64,000 bases of DNA, from IMG/VR virus record IMGVR_UViG_3300045440_000165, positions 1 through 64,000 of that record. The stretch is one strand, 5' to 3'. This document shows, piece by piece, positions 16,446 through 25,444 of this stretch (positions within the stretch are counted from its first letter, which is position 1; each line of letters opens with the position of its first letter). The position numbers and the translations under genes are program-made. The DNA comes from a virus. The notes below the pieces were generated by a model. It was not told where the DNA came from, ran no database searches, and worked only from the letters and a program-made list of their open reading frames with translations.

Positions 16446-16955
16446 TTATTTATTGATCATTATTTCATGTACATCTTCCAGCGTTAATAGCTTCTTATGT
16501 ACATCCCATCCTACATCCAAACATTTCCCTGTAACACCACTATCTCTACCATGACAATGTCCATGTAACGAATATGAGCCATAGTGCTTCCTATTCCAGC
16601 TTGCAATAGGGAAATGAAACATACACACATGCTGCTTATCTGAAGTAGGAGTTTTAAAAGGTTTTTCTAGGTATAAATGAAACTCTGATACTTCTTTCTT
16701 CAGTTCCTCGTTAAATTTATCATGATTCCCTTTAACGAATATCTTACTACCATTCAATGTACGAAGTAAGTGCAACGTAGTGTCTGTCTTATGGAAACTA
16801 AAATCTCCTAAAATATACACCATATCTGAAGGAGCTACTTGAGAATTCCATGTAGCTTTCATATGTGCATCCATTGCAGGAGTATCTGGAAAGCCCCTCA
16901 TTTCCGCCATAGCTCGATGACCAAAATGTAAATCTGAAGTAAAGAAGATTGTCAT
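16446..16955 (-). CDS. calcineurin-like metallophosphoesterase
   Basis: SDLHFGH, LGDF, GNHD and LHGHCH motifs. Confidence 0.92.
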   Translation of the reverse strand: MTIFFTSDLHFGHRAMAEMRGFPDTPAMDAHMKATWNSQVAPSDMVYILGDFSFHKTDTTLHLLRTLNGSKIFVKGNHDKFNEELKKEVSEFHLYLEKPFKTPTSDKQHVCMFHFPIASWNRKHYGSYSLHGHCHGRDSGVTGKCLDVGWDVHKKLLTLEDVHEIMINK

Positions 16956-16959
16956 AATT

Positions 16960-17280
16960 TTATAAACCTACAAAACGTAGCATACATGCATCGCTACACA
17001 GTGCATATCTTCCGTGCGTAATTGCATCCTCTTCTAGCACTCTGCTTCCACAGTTATCACATGTGCATACCCCATTAAATTCTGTATACACTCCATCCCC
17101 TTTAGACGGGAATTGATCTTTAGTAGCATCTACAATAGTACCATCAATTTTCTCACACCACCAATGTTGCTGATCACCCCAGATATAGTCGAAATAAATA
17201 CCCCGAACTAACCGTAGCGATGCATCCTTGGAGCAAAGTTCTTCTGATATTTCTTTACACTTCCCTCTTAGTGGGTGCAT
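16960..17280 (-). CDS. small transglutaminase/papain-fold-like protein with a C-terminal Zn finger
   Basis: GKC...HWW...IVDATKDQF putative Cys-His-Asp triad; CDNC...CSDAC. Confidence 0.5.
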   Translation of the reverse strand: MHPLRGKCKEISEELCSKDASLRLVRGIYFDYIWGDQQHWWCEKIDGTIVDATKDQFPSKGDGVYTEFNGVCTCDNCGSRVLEEDAITHGRYALCSDACMLRFVGL

Positions 17281-17346
17281 ATTTTATTCCATTAGAGTGT
17301 TAAAAAGGCAGGCACTTAAGCCCACCTAGTGTTATGCAAGAGCATG

Positions 17347-18066
17347 TCAATGTAGGTCAGTCTTCTTTTTCCTACGCACAGGTTTTTTAGCAATAGAATT
17401 ATTATCCGTAGGATTATTCTCCACAGGTTTAATACTATCCAAAGCCTCTTCCTCTCCCGCCATTTCTTCAATAATAGAAGCTACAAGTTCTTTCCTAGCT
17501 TCCTCTCGTTTATCATACCTTTTATCAAACTCATCTTTCCCCATGTAGAAGTCTTTCCCTGAAAGCATAGCTGATATTTCATGCTCTGTAAAGAAATCTT
17601 TATACATTTCATGGATAATAGCCTTACTAGCTTTTAGTGTATGCGCTACATGACTCTCTACGCTGCTACCAGCACCACCACTACCAAAAGACACTTGGTG
17701 GAACATTAGAGTGATATAAGGGTTGACATACACTTCATCTGCAGCCATGAGTAAGAATGTACCAGCGCTAGCAACATCACTAACAGCATGTACTCCTACA
17801 ATAGCTTTAGTACGTCGCATAGAGTTTAATAACGGTAGGATAGCATGTAAAGCCCCCCCGTTAGTGGAAAGTTTAATATCCATAAAATCTCCCTCACTTG
17901 CAGCATCTAGTACAGTTACAATATCTTCGAATTGTCTTACACTCTCGAAGTCTTCATCAATAGACACTTTATAGGTCATATTGTTAGCTGTGCCAGACAC
18001 TTGAAATGGCTCAGGTTTATTGCTAAGAGCTTCCAACCATTCTTCTGAAAATTTACTCATGCCCAC
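17347..18066 (-). CDS. ClpP-like serine protease
   Basis: LSTNGG, VASAGT (Ser) and LMFHQ (His). Confidence 0.85.
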   Translation of the reverse strand: MGMSKFSEEWLEALSNKPEPFQVSGTANNMTYKVSIDEDFESVRQFEDIVTVLDAASEGDFMDIKLSTNGGALHAILPLLNSMRRTKAIVGVHAVSDVASAGTFLLMAADEVYVNPYITLMFHQVSFGSGGAGSSVESHVAHTLKASKAIIHEMYKDFFTEHEISAMLSGKDFYMGKDEFDKRYDKREEARKELVASIIEEMAGEEEALDSIKPVENNPTDNNSIAKKPVRRKKKTDLH

Positions 18067-18109
18067 TCCTTTGGTTATATATAATTTTATTAAGGTTAGT
18101 ATAACAATA

Positions 18110-18922
18110 TTATTGGTGGTAGTATAGCTTTACAATAGCCTTACAAAACCCGCTTCGTAGAATATCATCCGGTGTGAAATGCACCACTCCCACACTATCT
18201 TCCAAGCTATCAAGATCACCATCATCTAAATAATCTGGGCAATCTTCAAGAGCCTTACTGATCATTTTAAAGGTACTATCCAATCCGCTACTCTGCCCTT
18301 TATTCACTTGCCTAGTGTCTCCAGTGATAATTAGCTGGCATCCATCCCCGATACGAGATAGTAGTGTTTCATACTCCTCCTCTGTAAGCCCCTGCCCTTC
18401 TTCTAGGATTACTAAAGTATTTTCATAAGATTGCCCACGGATGAATTCAAAAGCTCTAGTAACAATAATTTCTTTATGTTGGCAATAGGAAAGATAGCCA
18501 GCTCCTAAGAATTTCCTAAAATGATCCATAGTTTGTACAAAGAAAGGTGCAAGCTTCTCTTGTTCATTACCAGTAAGCAACCCGATAGTTTTACCATTAA
18601 GTACATTAGGTCTGATCAACACTACTTGATCTACTTTCTTTTGCTTAAGTTGAGAAGAAGCCCAGAAAGCTGCAATAAGACTCTTCCCTGTTCCGGCAGA
18701 TCCTATCAATGCCACCACTTGCTTACCAGCGCGAAGGTAGGCTAGTGCTAATTTCTGATTCTGAGTTTTAGCATCAAACTTAGGCATATTAGGTTGCACT
18801 TGCTCTGCAAATACAGTGAGTCCTCCGTTGCTATCAAACTTTGGCTTTTGTATAGGCTTCTCTCCTTCAACAATTTTATTATTACGAGTTTTGCGTACAT
18901 GCCTTGTTGCAGATTTTGACAT
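18110..18922 (-). CDS. phoH: PhoH-family ATPase
   Basis: GSAGTGKS, EFIRGQSY, LEEGQ, SRIG, GDTRQ, DILRSG. Confidence 0.93.
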   Translation of the reverse strand: MSKSATRHVRKTRNNKIVEGEKPIQKPKFDSNGGLTVFAEQVQPNMPKFDAKTQNQKLALAYLRAGKQVVALIGSAGTGKSLIAAFWASSQLKQKKVDQVVLIRPNVLNGKTIGLLTGNEQEKLAPFFVQTMDHFRKFLGAGYLSYCQHKEIIVTRAFEFIRGQSYENTLVILEEGQGLTEEEYETLLSRIGDGCQLIITGDTRQVNKGQSSGLDSTFKMISKALEDCPDYLDDGDLDSLEDSVGVVHFTPDDILRSGFCKAIVKLYYHQ

Positions 18923-19088
18923 TGTCTTCCTCGGTTATAGTTCTAAGTTCATTAATATATCGCTCTAAGTCACGTATCTTCAATTCACAGTCTCTTATCT
19001 TATCTTGCAACCTCCTAATAACGCGTTCTTCGTTAGTTGAAAACATCTCTATCCTTTATTATTTGTATGCACAATTGAATGAGCTACA

Positions 19089-19328
19089 TTACTTGCGTTT
19101 ATAATTGTCACAAACATCCCGCACGTTGGTTACAGGTATTTTGCCTACTAGAGTCATATACGTTTCCTTATGGGAAGTGATGCAAGTAAAGTCTTCTTTC
19201 CGCAAGGTGATAGTGGGAGAATTAGCTGTAGCAACTGCTAAATAGATAAGAAAAACTATAAGACTACCTATCAGTGTAGCTATAGCTTTTTTTATGAAGC
19301 ACATACTACACCTCAAGCCACACAACAT
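19089..19328 (-). CDS. small membrane-anchored protein
   Basis: N-terminal TM segment. Confidence 0.6.
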   Translation of the reverse strand: MLCGLRCSMCFIKKAIATLIGSLIVFLIYLAVATANSPTITLRKEDFTCITSHKETYMTLVGKIPVTNVRDVCDNYKRK

Positions 19329-19515
19329 CAGTCGATAGAATCACTTCCCGCGTTTTAAAAGGAGTAGTAATTTCTAAAGTCACCACCTTATCTTCCTCAT
19401 TAACAAACTTAAATCCATTTATGTGCCCATACTCTCCCCATTTAGTGCCGACTACTGTTCCTATCTTTAGCTTCCAAACTGGTACTCTTGCATTGAACAT
19501 TGTTACGATCATCAC
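19306..19515 (-). CDS. hypothetical protein
   Basis: ORF track. Confidence 0.55.
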   Translation of the reverse strand: MMIVTMFNARVPVWKLKIGTVVGTKWGEYGHINGFKFVNEEDKVVTLEITTPFKTREVILSTDVVWLEV

Positions 19516-19717
19516 ATTCCTTTAAAGCGTTAATAAATTTCCTACCTCTGACAGCATACAAAACTTGAGTTAAGTCTGCTACTTCGGGCATATCCCCTGT
19601 TAGCAAAGCATTTAGACATGAGTGAACATAATCCAACTCACCTTTATACCAAGCCAACTCTTTCTCCAGATCCACTACCCTACCTTTTAATGTTACTAAG
19701 TATTCTGTTTCTGCCAT
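19442..19717 (-). CDS. hypothetical protein
   Basis: ORF track. Confidence 0.55.
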   Translation of the reverse strand: MAETEYLVTLKGRVVDLEKELAWYKGELDYVHSCLNALLTGDMPEVADLTQVLYAVRGRKFINALKECDDRNNVQCKSTSLEAKDRNSSRH

Positions 19718-19719
19718 AC

Positions 19720-19908
19720 TTATTTCTTCGCTTTAGGTTTACTAGCACTCTCTTCCACTTCTTTCACCATATAGATGCAATATTGAAATCCCATTTGAAA
19801 CGGAGCTTCTTTCGGATCAAGAATATACCCATCTTTGGCATAGCTTACAGCTTGCATTACAGCAACTTCCCATGATGGCTCTAGGATCGTAATATTATTA
19901 TTTGTCAT
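19720..19908 (-). CDS. hypothetical protein
   Basis: ORF track; AAGGA RBS. Confidence 0.65.
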   Translation of the reverse strand: MTNNNITILEPSWEVAVMQAVSYAKDGYILDPKEAPFQMGFQYCIYMVKEVEESASKPKAKK

Positions 19909-20082
19909 ACGTTTTATTCCTTATAAATTAAATATTTTAAATTGCATATTTTAAATTACATACTTAGCGGGTCGTTATCATCAATTTCAAATCCTGCTCG
20001 CATTGTGGCAGATTCTAAATCAACATATCCGGTGTCTTCGTAGTGAAGGTATTCTTCGGAATCTTGGTATTCTAGGGTGCTA

Positions 20083-20310
20083 TTACTCATCATCTCTCCA
20101 GTAGTTTTGTAAATCAATATAATACACTTCGTTAATAAAGTCTAGATAGCTATCTAAGATATTATGTAGTTCCTCCCGCTTGGTTAAAATTTCATTAGTG
20201 TTAGCTATTTGACAAGCTACTTCAAACAGGCCGATAGTATTAAGCATCTTCTTTTCTGTAGCTTTTACATTTAGTGCCGCGTATTTACGCTTAGTGTCAG
20301 GGGATGTCAT
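20083..20310 (-). CDS. hypothetical protein
   Basis: first ORF after the leftward promoter. Confidence 0.6.
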   Translation of the reverse strand: MTSPDTKRKYAALNVKATEKKMLNTIGLFEVACQIANTNEILTKREELHNILDSYLDFINEVYYIDLQNYWRDDE

Positions 20311-20357
20311 TTAGCTCTCTTTGGGTTATTGCACTTTGTGTACGGCACATGCTTTCT

Positions 20358-20386
20358 ATAGTATATGAGGGGTTTTATAAAGTCAA
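20358..20386 (-). promoter_or_regulatory. leftward sigma70 promoter
   Basis: TTGACT-17-TACTAT. Confidence 0.65.
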
Positions 20387-20415
20387 GCGATTATTTTAGG
20401 AAGATTATTACAAAG

Positions 20416-20444
20416 TTGACAAATAATACTTGACATGTTAGTAT
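20416..20444 (+). promoter_or_regulatory. structural-gene promoter
   Basis: TTGACA-17-TAGTAT with extended TGn. Confidence 0.7.
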
Positions 20445-20566
20445 CCCTAGTATTCTAAGTGTACGTTTTACAGGTAACTCCTAAATTTAACGACGCTAAG
20501 TGTGCTTTAAATACTACAGATAATGGTATCTCGGTAGTATTGTTATAACAAATACAAGGAGAAATA

Positions 20567-21025
20567 ATGGCTCGCGGTGATGTAAAACTTTTTGCAGAAT
20601 TCATATTAAAATCTAAAGCTGGTACGGGATTCAATTTAACTTCCGACACGCTTAAACTAGGTATTGTGGGCAACGGTGTTACACCTTCCGTTTCAACTAC
20701 AGATCCACGTTGGGGTGTTGGTGGTACAACAGATTTTTCAGCTCAACAGGTGGCTACAGGTACAGCCTACACAGGCCCTGTCACACTTACTAGCGTTGGC
20801 TATACACGTTCCAGTGGTGTGAACACAATAACAGCAGCAAATATTACCATATCTCAAGATGCCTCTGGTTTTACCACAGGGTATTGGGGTATTTTATACA
20901 ACGATACTGTTGCAGGTAAATTTGCAATTGGTTTTGTCGATTTAGGCGGCCCCGTATCCATCGTTGGTGGCGCACTAAACATCAACTGGAATGCTTCAGG
21001 TATTGCAACTGAGACAGCGAGTTAA
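20567..21025 (+). CDS. putative virion appendage/fibre protein
   Basis: Thr/Gly-rich; SDTLKLGIV and GFVDLGG motifs typical of phage structural proteins; AAGGAG RBS. Confidence 0.6.
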   Translation: MARGDVKLFAEFILKSKAGTGFNLTSDTLKLGIVGNGVTPSVSTTDPRWGVGGTTDFSAQQVATGTAYTGPVTLTSVGYTRSSGVNTITAANITISQDASGFTTGYWGILYNDTVAGKFAIGFVDLGGPVSIVGGALNINWNASGIATETAS

Positions 21026-21027
21026 TT

Positions 21028-21912
21028 ATGTTAGCTAACTGGGTTAAAGAAACTAGCACTACAACAGGCACTGGCACTTTGACACTAACATCGGTGCCGG
21101 GATTTCCACGCTTCAGCGAAGCATTTGCGGTTAATGAGCTTGTAAATTACGCAATATTAACTGACGATTCTCCCCCTAAACCATTGGAGTGGGGTATTGG
21201 TACTATCGGTGCAAGTAACACCTTGGCACGTTCTGTTGTTCTTGGCACTTATGCTGGTAGTGTATTAGAGACGGGATCTCCTACAGCAGTAAGTTTATCT
21301 GCTGGTACTTATAATATTATTTGTACTCAGGTAATGGGTAGCACAGTACCGGGAATTATCGGTGTAGACTCTACTAACGGTAGCGGTGGCATTCTCGTCC
21401 CGTTTCCGTGGATGACGTCAGGTAGTGCTGGCGGATTAGGCACAACTGCTGATAGACTTTATTTGTGCAACTTTAGGGTTAGTACACCGCGTAAGATTAC
21501 AAGTATAAAAATGCGCGTGGGAATTAGCATAACAGGCAATTGTAGGATGGGTATTTACAAAGTTAAAACTGATGGTACTGCGGGTGAGCTTCTATATTCA
21601 TCTGAGGATATATCCACTACAGCGGGCGGTGTTATTTCATGGACTTTTTCTCCTGCTAAGATTTTACCTCCGGGTTGGTACTATTTTGGTTTTGCACCAA
21701 AGGGTATCGCTCCTAACATGAACGTGTTTTCTTACAATGCTACTTATTCAGCCGAAACATTGGTTGGTACAGATTCTACAGCGGTGCAAGGGATTATTTA
21801 TAAATATGCAGCCCTTTCAGGTGGATGGACAACTTTACCAAATCCTGCACCTACTAGCCTAACGGCTGTGAATAACTCAGCCCCTCCAGCATTTGGCTTG
21901 ACGTTAGGATAA
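21028..21912 (+). CDS. putative fibre protein with a C-terminal beta-sandwich
   Basis: N-terminal VKETSTTTGTGTLTL...EWGIGT fibre-anchor motif. Confidence 0.6.
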   Translation: MLANWVKETSTTTGTGTLTLTSVPGFPRFSEAFAVNELVNYAILTDDSPPKPLEWGIGTIGASNTLARSVVLGTYAGSVLETGSPTAVSLSAGTYNIICTQVMGSTVPGIIGVDSTNGSGGILVPFPWMTSGSAGGLGTTADRLYLCNFRVSTPRKITSIKMRVGISITGNCRMGIYKVKTDGTAGELLYSSEDISTTAGGVISWTFSPAKILPPGWYYFGFAPKGIAPNMNVFSYNATYSAETLVGTDSTAVQGIIYKYAALSGGWTTLPNPAPTSLTAVNNSAPPAFGLTLG

Positions 21913-21914
21913 TC

Positions 21915-23255
21915 ATGAGTATAGGACTAGAATCATTAGGTTTAATTCCAATTGGTTTGCCGTCCACTAGTCAAGCCAGTAATGCAACTACAGTCAGTTG
22001 TACTACTGGCGCTATGGCAATTGGTGGATTAACCGCGACTGTAGGAACATCTACAACTATTTCATGCTCTGTGGCTTCGTTAAGTGTAGCCGGACTTAGT
22101 GCAAACGTTCAATTTGGCACTATTACGATAACAAGTCCTGTCACTTTTCAAACATTCCAAAGAGATGGATCTAATCAAGCTAATATTGCAATAACAGGTA
22201 CATACACAGGTTCCCCAACGTCTATTCAAGCTAGTTTTAACGGGGGGGCTTGGGCTAATATCGTGGCATCTCCAGCAGGCGGGACTTTTTCAGGTACATT
22301 GTCAGCTCAGTCTATGGGGCAGGGTACCTTATCTGTGAGATTCGGTAATGATACGTCTGTTGTTGCAACTAAGTTAAAAGTTAAAATTGGCGACATCTAC
22401 ATAGTAATGGGGCAATCAAATCACGTTGGTCAAGCACCCAACTATGTGAATCCATCTACTGCAAATGGTAATGCATCAATTTGGGGTGTAGACGGGACTT
22501 GGCGGGAGTTGCTAGAAACAACTTCCGATAGATTTAGTACACGTGCTAATGGCGTGCAATGTAGTGCGATGAATCAGTTGGTAGTTGACGGTCAAGGCTC
22601 GTATTTCGGTGCTTTGGCGACATTGATCATGGCTGCGGGTGTGCCTGTTGCATTTGTGCCGTGCGCGATTGGTAGTTCTGCTATTTCAGGGTGGCAACCC
22701 GGTGGCACACATAATAACCCGGCCACGGCTTACGGCTCAGCATTAACACGTGCTCAATCTGTTGGTAATTTTAAGGCCGCGTTATGGTATCAAGGTGAGA
22801 TGGACGGTCTTTTAGCTACTACTTACGCGACTTATGTATCTCTACTAAACTCATTGATTGATAGCTGGTATGCAGATACCGGCAAAAAGGTAGTTGTTTA
22901 TCTTACTAATCGAACAGGTTCCGGCACATTGTCTGCAGCTCAGACAATCCAGAATGCTCAATTGTATGTTGGTAGGAGTAATGCAAACGCTATTCCCGGA
23001 CCAAACATGGATTTACTGTGGAGTAGCAATGTCCACTACCAAACAGCAGGGGATATAAATGCTGTTGCTTCAAAAACATTTGATGTGTTATCAGCTCAAT
23101 ACTACGGGGGAACTGTAGTCAGTTGCAGCGCAGCTTCCATACCGGATATTGGACTATCATGCTCGATTTCAGCTTCTGGTGGCGCAAGTGCAGCCGTACT
23201 ACCTCACTGGAACCCTCCTCTTTTCTCAAAAATGAACGGAAATTTTCAAGGCTAG
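21915..23255 (+). CDS. virion-associated SGNH esterase (sialate O-acetylesterase/CE6-like)
   Basis: GDIYIVMGQSN, LWYQGEMD and C-terminal NVHY; flanked by shaft-like repeats. Confidence 0.8.
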   Translation: MSIGLESLGLIPIGLPSTSQASNATTVSCTTGAMAIGGLTATVGTSTTISCSVASLSVAGLSANVQFGTITITSPVTFQTFQRDGSNQANIAITGTYTGSPTSIQASFNGGAWANIVASPAGGTFSGTLSAQSMGQGTLSVRFGNDTSVVATKLKVKIGDIYIVMGQSNHVGQAPNYVNPSTANGNASIWGVDGTWRELLETTSDRFSTRANGVQCSAMNQLVVDGQGSYFGALATLIMAAGVPVAFVPCAIGSSAISGWQPGGTHNNPATAYGSALTRAQSVGNFKAALWYQGEMDGLLATTYATYVSLLNSLIDSWYADTGKKVVVYLTNRTGSGTLSAAQTIQNAQLYVGRSNANAIPGPNMDLLWSSNVHYQTAGDINAVASKTFDVLSAQYYGGTVVSCSAASIPDIGLSCSISASGGASAAVLPHWNPPLFSKMNGNFQG

Positions 23256-23258
23256 AAT

Positions 23259-24143
23259 ATGTTACAAACATTTAAAAATGGGCAGGGTTCTGTCGTACTA
23301 AGGGTAAAGTTGCTAGATTCTTCTGCAACAACTGGGGCCGGTCTAACCGGCTTAACAAGCGCATCATCTGGTCTTATTATCTCTACAATTGCAGATAATG
23401 AGGCAACAGCGGTGGCATATACTGTGGCAGGGGCTACTATAGAGACAATTACAACTCTAGGTACTTACGCTGCCCCTACAGCTTCGAAATGCCGATTTAA
23501 GGAAGTGGATGCAACAAACCATAAAGGTGTATATGAGATTCAAATCGCAGATGCTAGATTCGCTGTTGCAAGCGCTAAAAGCCTCATAGTTAGCATTGCT
23601 GGTGCTACGAATTTGGCACAAGCGGATTTTGTAGTCCAATTGCAAAGTGATGATCCGTATATTGCAAAGCCAACTAACTATGCATCTTTGGTTATCGATG
23701 GTAGTGGTCGTGTGGATGTTAGCAAAATTGCTGGTACTGCACAGACAGGAAGAGATATTGGAGCAAGTGTCCTTGTATCTTCTGGTACAGGTACAGGACA
23801 AATTAGTATTACTTCAGGTGTTGTTAGTAGTAATATTACGCAAATCGGTGGTAGTGTTCCTGCACTTACAGGCTTCAAACAAGCAGTTCTTGGTAACGTT
23901 GTTGGTACTGTTGGCTCTGCAAGTTCAACTACTAGTATTGTAACTTCTGCTTTAACTCCTGCTGGCGCTGCAACAGACCAATTTAAAGGTAGGATTATTA
24001 CTTTTGATCAGGCAACAACTACAGTAGCTCTTAGAGGTCAGTCAACAGACATTACAGCAAGTACAAACTCTGCTACTCCTACATTCACAGTTACAGCTCT
24101 TACTACAGCGCCTGTTTCTGGTGACACGTTTAGCATTACTTAA
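23259..24143 (+). CDS. putative virion structural protein
   Basis: Thr/Ala/Ser-rich; EVDATNHKGVY; ends APVSGDTFSIT. Confidence 0.6.
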   Translation: MLQTFKNGQGSVVLRVKLLDSSATTGAGLTGLTSASSGLIISTIADNEATAVAYTVAGATIETITTLGTYAAPTASKCRFKEVDATNHKGVYEIQIADARFAVASAKSLIVSIAGATNLAQADFVVQLQSDDPYIAKPTNYASLVIDGSGRVDVSKIAGTAQTGRDIGASVLVSSGTGTGQISITSGVVSSNITQIGGSVPALTGFKQAVLGNVVGTVGSASSTTSIVTSALTPAGAATDQFKGRIITFDQATTTVALRGQSTDITASTNSATPTFTVTALTTAPVSGDTFSIT

Positions 24144-24145
24144 TC

Positions 24146-24436
24146 ATGGCTATCACTAGGGTTAGTTCTGGCGGGTTTGGAGCTAGAAGGTCTGGCAGCT
24201 TTGCTAGTAAATACGTAGCCCCTGTGGTAATTAAAACTAGACTCGGCTCTTCTGGATTTGGTGTTCGCAGGTCTGGAAGTTTTGCTGGTAAAACAGCATC
24301 AATCACTTCCTCGTTAAAGACAAGGTTGGGTTCCGGTGGTTTTGGCGTTAGAAGAGCTGGTAGTTTTTTAAGTAAATCACAGACAGGAAGTATTTTAGCT
24401 TCATGTTTAACAATAGTGCGTAGACGCAGGAGATAG
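24146..24436 (+). CDS. basic protein with three TRxxSxGFGxRRxGSFxxK repeats and an RRRRR tail
   Basis: repeats visible in the translation, diverged at DNA level. Confidence 0.7.
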   Translation: MAITRVSSGGFGARRSGSFASKYVAPVVIKTRLGSSGFGVRRSGSFAGKTASITSSLKTRLGSGGFGVRRAGSFLSKSQTGSILASCLTIVRRRRR

Positions 24437-24438
24437 AT

Positions 24439-24834
24439 ATGGCAGTAAGAAGTGTTTCTAGAGGTTTAGTAGGGTCATCAAGCGTTAGCCTTGAAGATGG
24501 CTCCAAGATATTTGATGATGAACTAGGAAGAGTTGTCACTATCTCTTGGAGCGGTTTGCTCAATGGTGACTCAGGGGAGCCTGCTAATTTAGCAGAATTC
24601 TCAGATAGAAGTATACAGATTGCAGGTACGCTAGGCACAGGTGGAACAATAGTAGTGGAAGGATCTAATGATGGTACAACTTATTATACGTTAAAAGATC
24701 TATTTGGTACATCCTTATCTACTACTTCTCTAATATTAGCTGGAATAGCTGAAATTACAAAATGGATACGGGTGAGGGTAACAGCAGGTAATGGTTCTAC
24801 AAATCTACAAGCTATTATTGTAGCACGTAGATAG
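24439..24834 (+). CDS. putative virion beta-sandwich protein
   Basis: VVEGSNDGTTY...WIRVRVTAG motif. Confidence 0.6.
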   Translation: MAVRSVSRGLVGSSSVSLEDGSKIFDDELGRVVTISWSGLLNGDSGEPANLAEFSDRSIQIAGTLGTGGTIVVEGSNDGTTYYTLKDLFGTSLSTTSLILAGIAEITKWIRVRVTAGNGSTNLQAIIVARR

Positions 24835-24870
24835 TATCAAATTAGTAGTATAACTCTCGGCAGGAAAATT

Positions 24871-25212
24871 ATGACAAAACCTAAAATAGCTGTCAAAGAA
24901 CAGCCACTCTTTTTTAAAAAGAAACATGAACTAGCTAAACTCCTTAAGGAAATTGAAAAAGGCAGCGAAGAAAGTGTGCATCTTTTACTCACTACCATGA
25001 GGGATGAAAAGACAGATTTAAAAACCAGAATCTTAATTGCTGAGAGTATTATCACAATGCAAACAAAGATTGCAGATCAAATTAGTAGAGATACATTGAA
25101 CAGACAAATTGCTGAAATCAAGATTAATGGGCTTTCAAAGCCGCTATCAATAGATGAAGATCAGCCAAGGGTTATGCCGATGATTGATTTAAATAATATC
25201 CGAGAGGTATAG
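24871..25212 (+). CDS. putative terminase small subunit
   Basis: position before terL; helical composition. Confidence 0.45.
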   Translation: MTKPKIAVKEQPLFFKKKHELAKLLKEIEKGSEESVHLLLTTMRDEKTDLKTRILIAESIITMQTKIADQISRDTLNRQIAEIKINGLSKPLSIDEDQPRVMPMIDLNNIREV

Positions 25213-25216
25213 AAAT

Positions 25217-25245
25217 TTGACAAATAATAAGTTATAAATTATACT
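25217..25245 (+). promoter_or_regulatory. promoter upstream of terL
   Basis: TTGACA-17-TATACT. Confidence 0.75.
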
Positions 25246-25444
25246 TTACAAGTAAATAACACATTTACAAATTATAGTAACCCTACCAGACAGAGTTCAA
25301 ATCGGGTTACTTCACTGTTAATGCTACTCCGCGTAGTGTTGATAGATTAGAGGAGAGGGTACTAAGTATTGTAGTACCGCGTTACGGGGCAGGAAGGGTA
25401 GCCCCTGACAAGAATAATTAAAGCAAATAATAAGAGGATTACAG

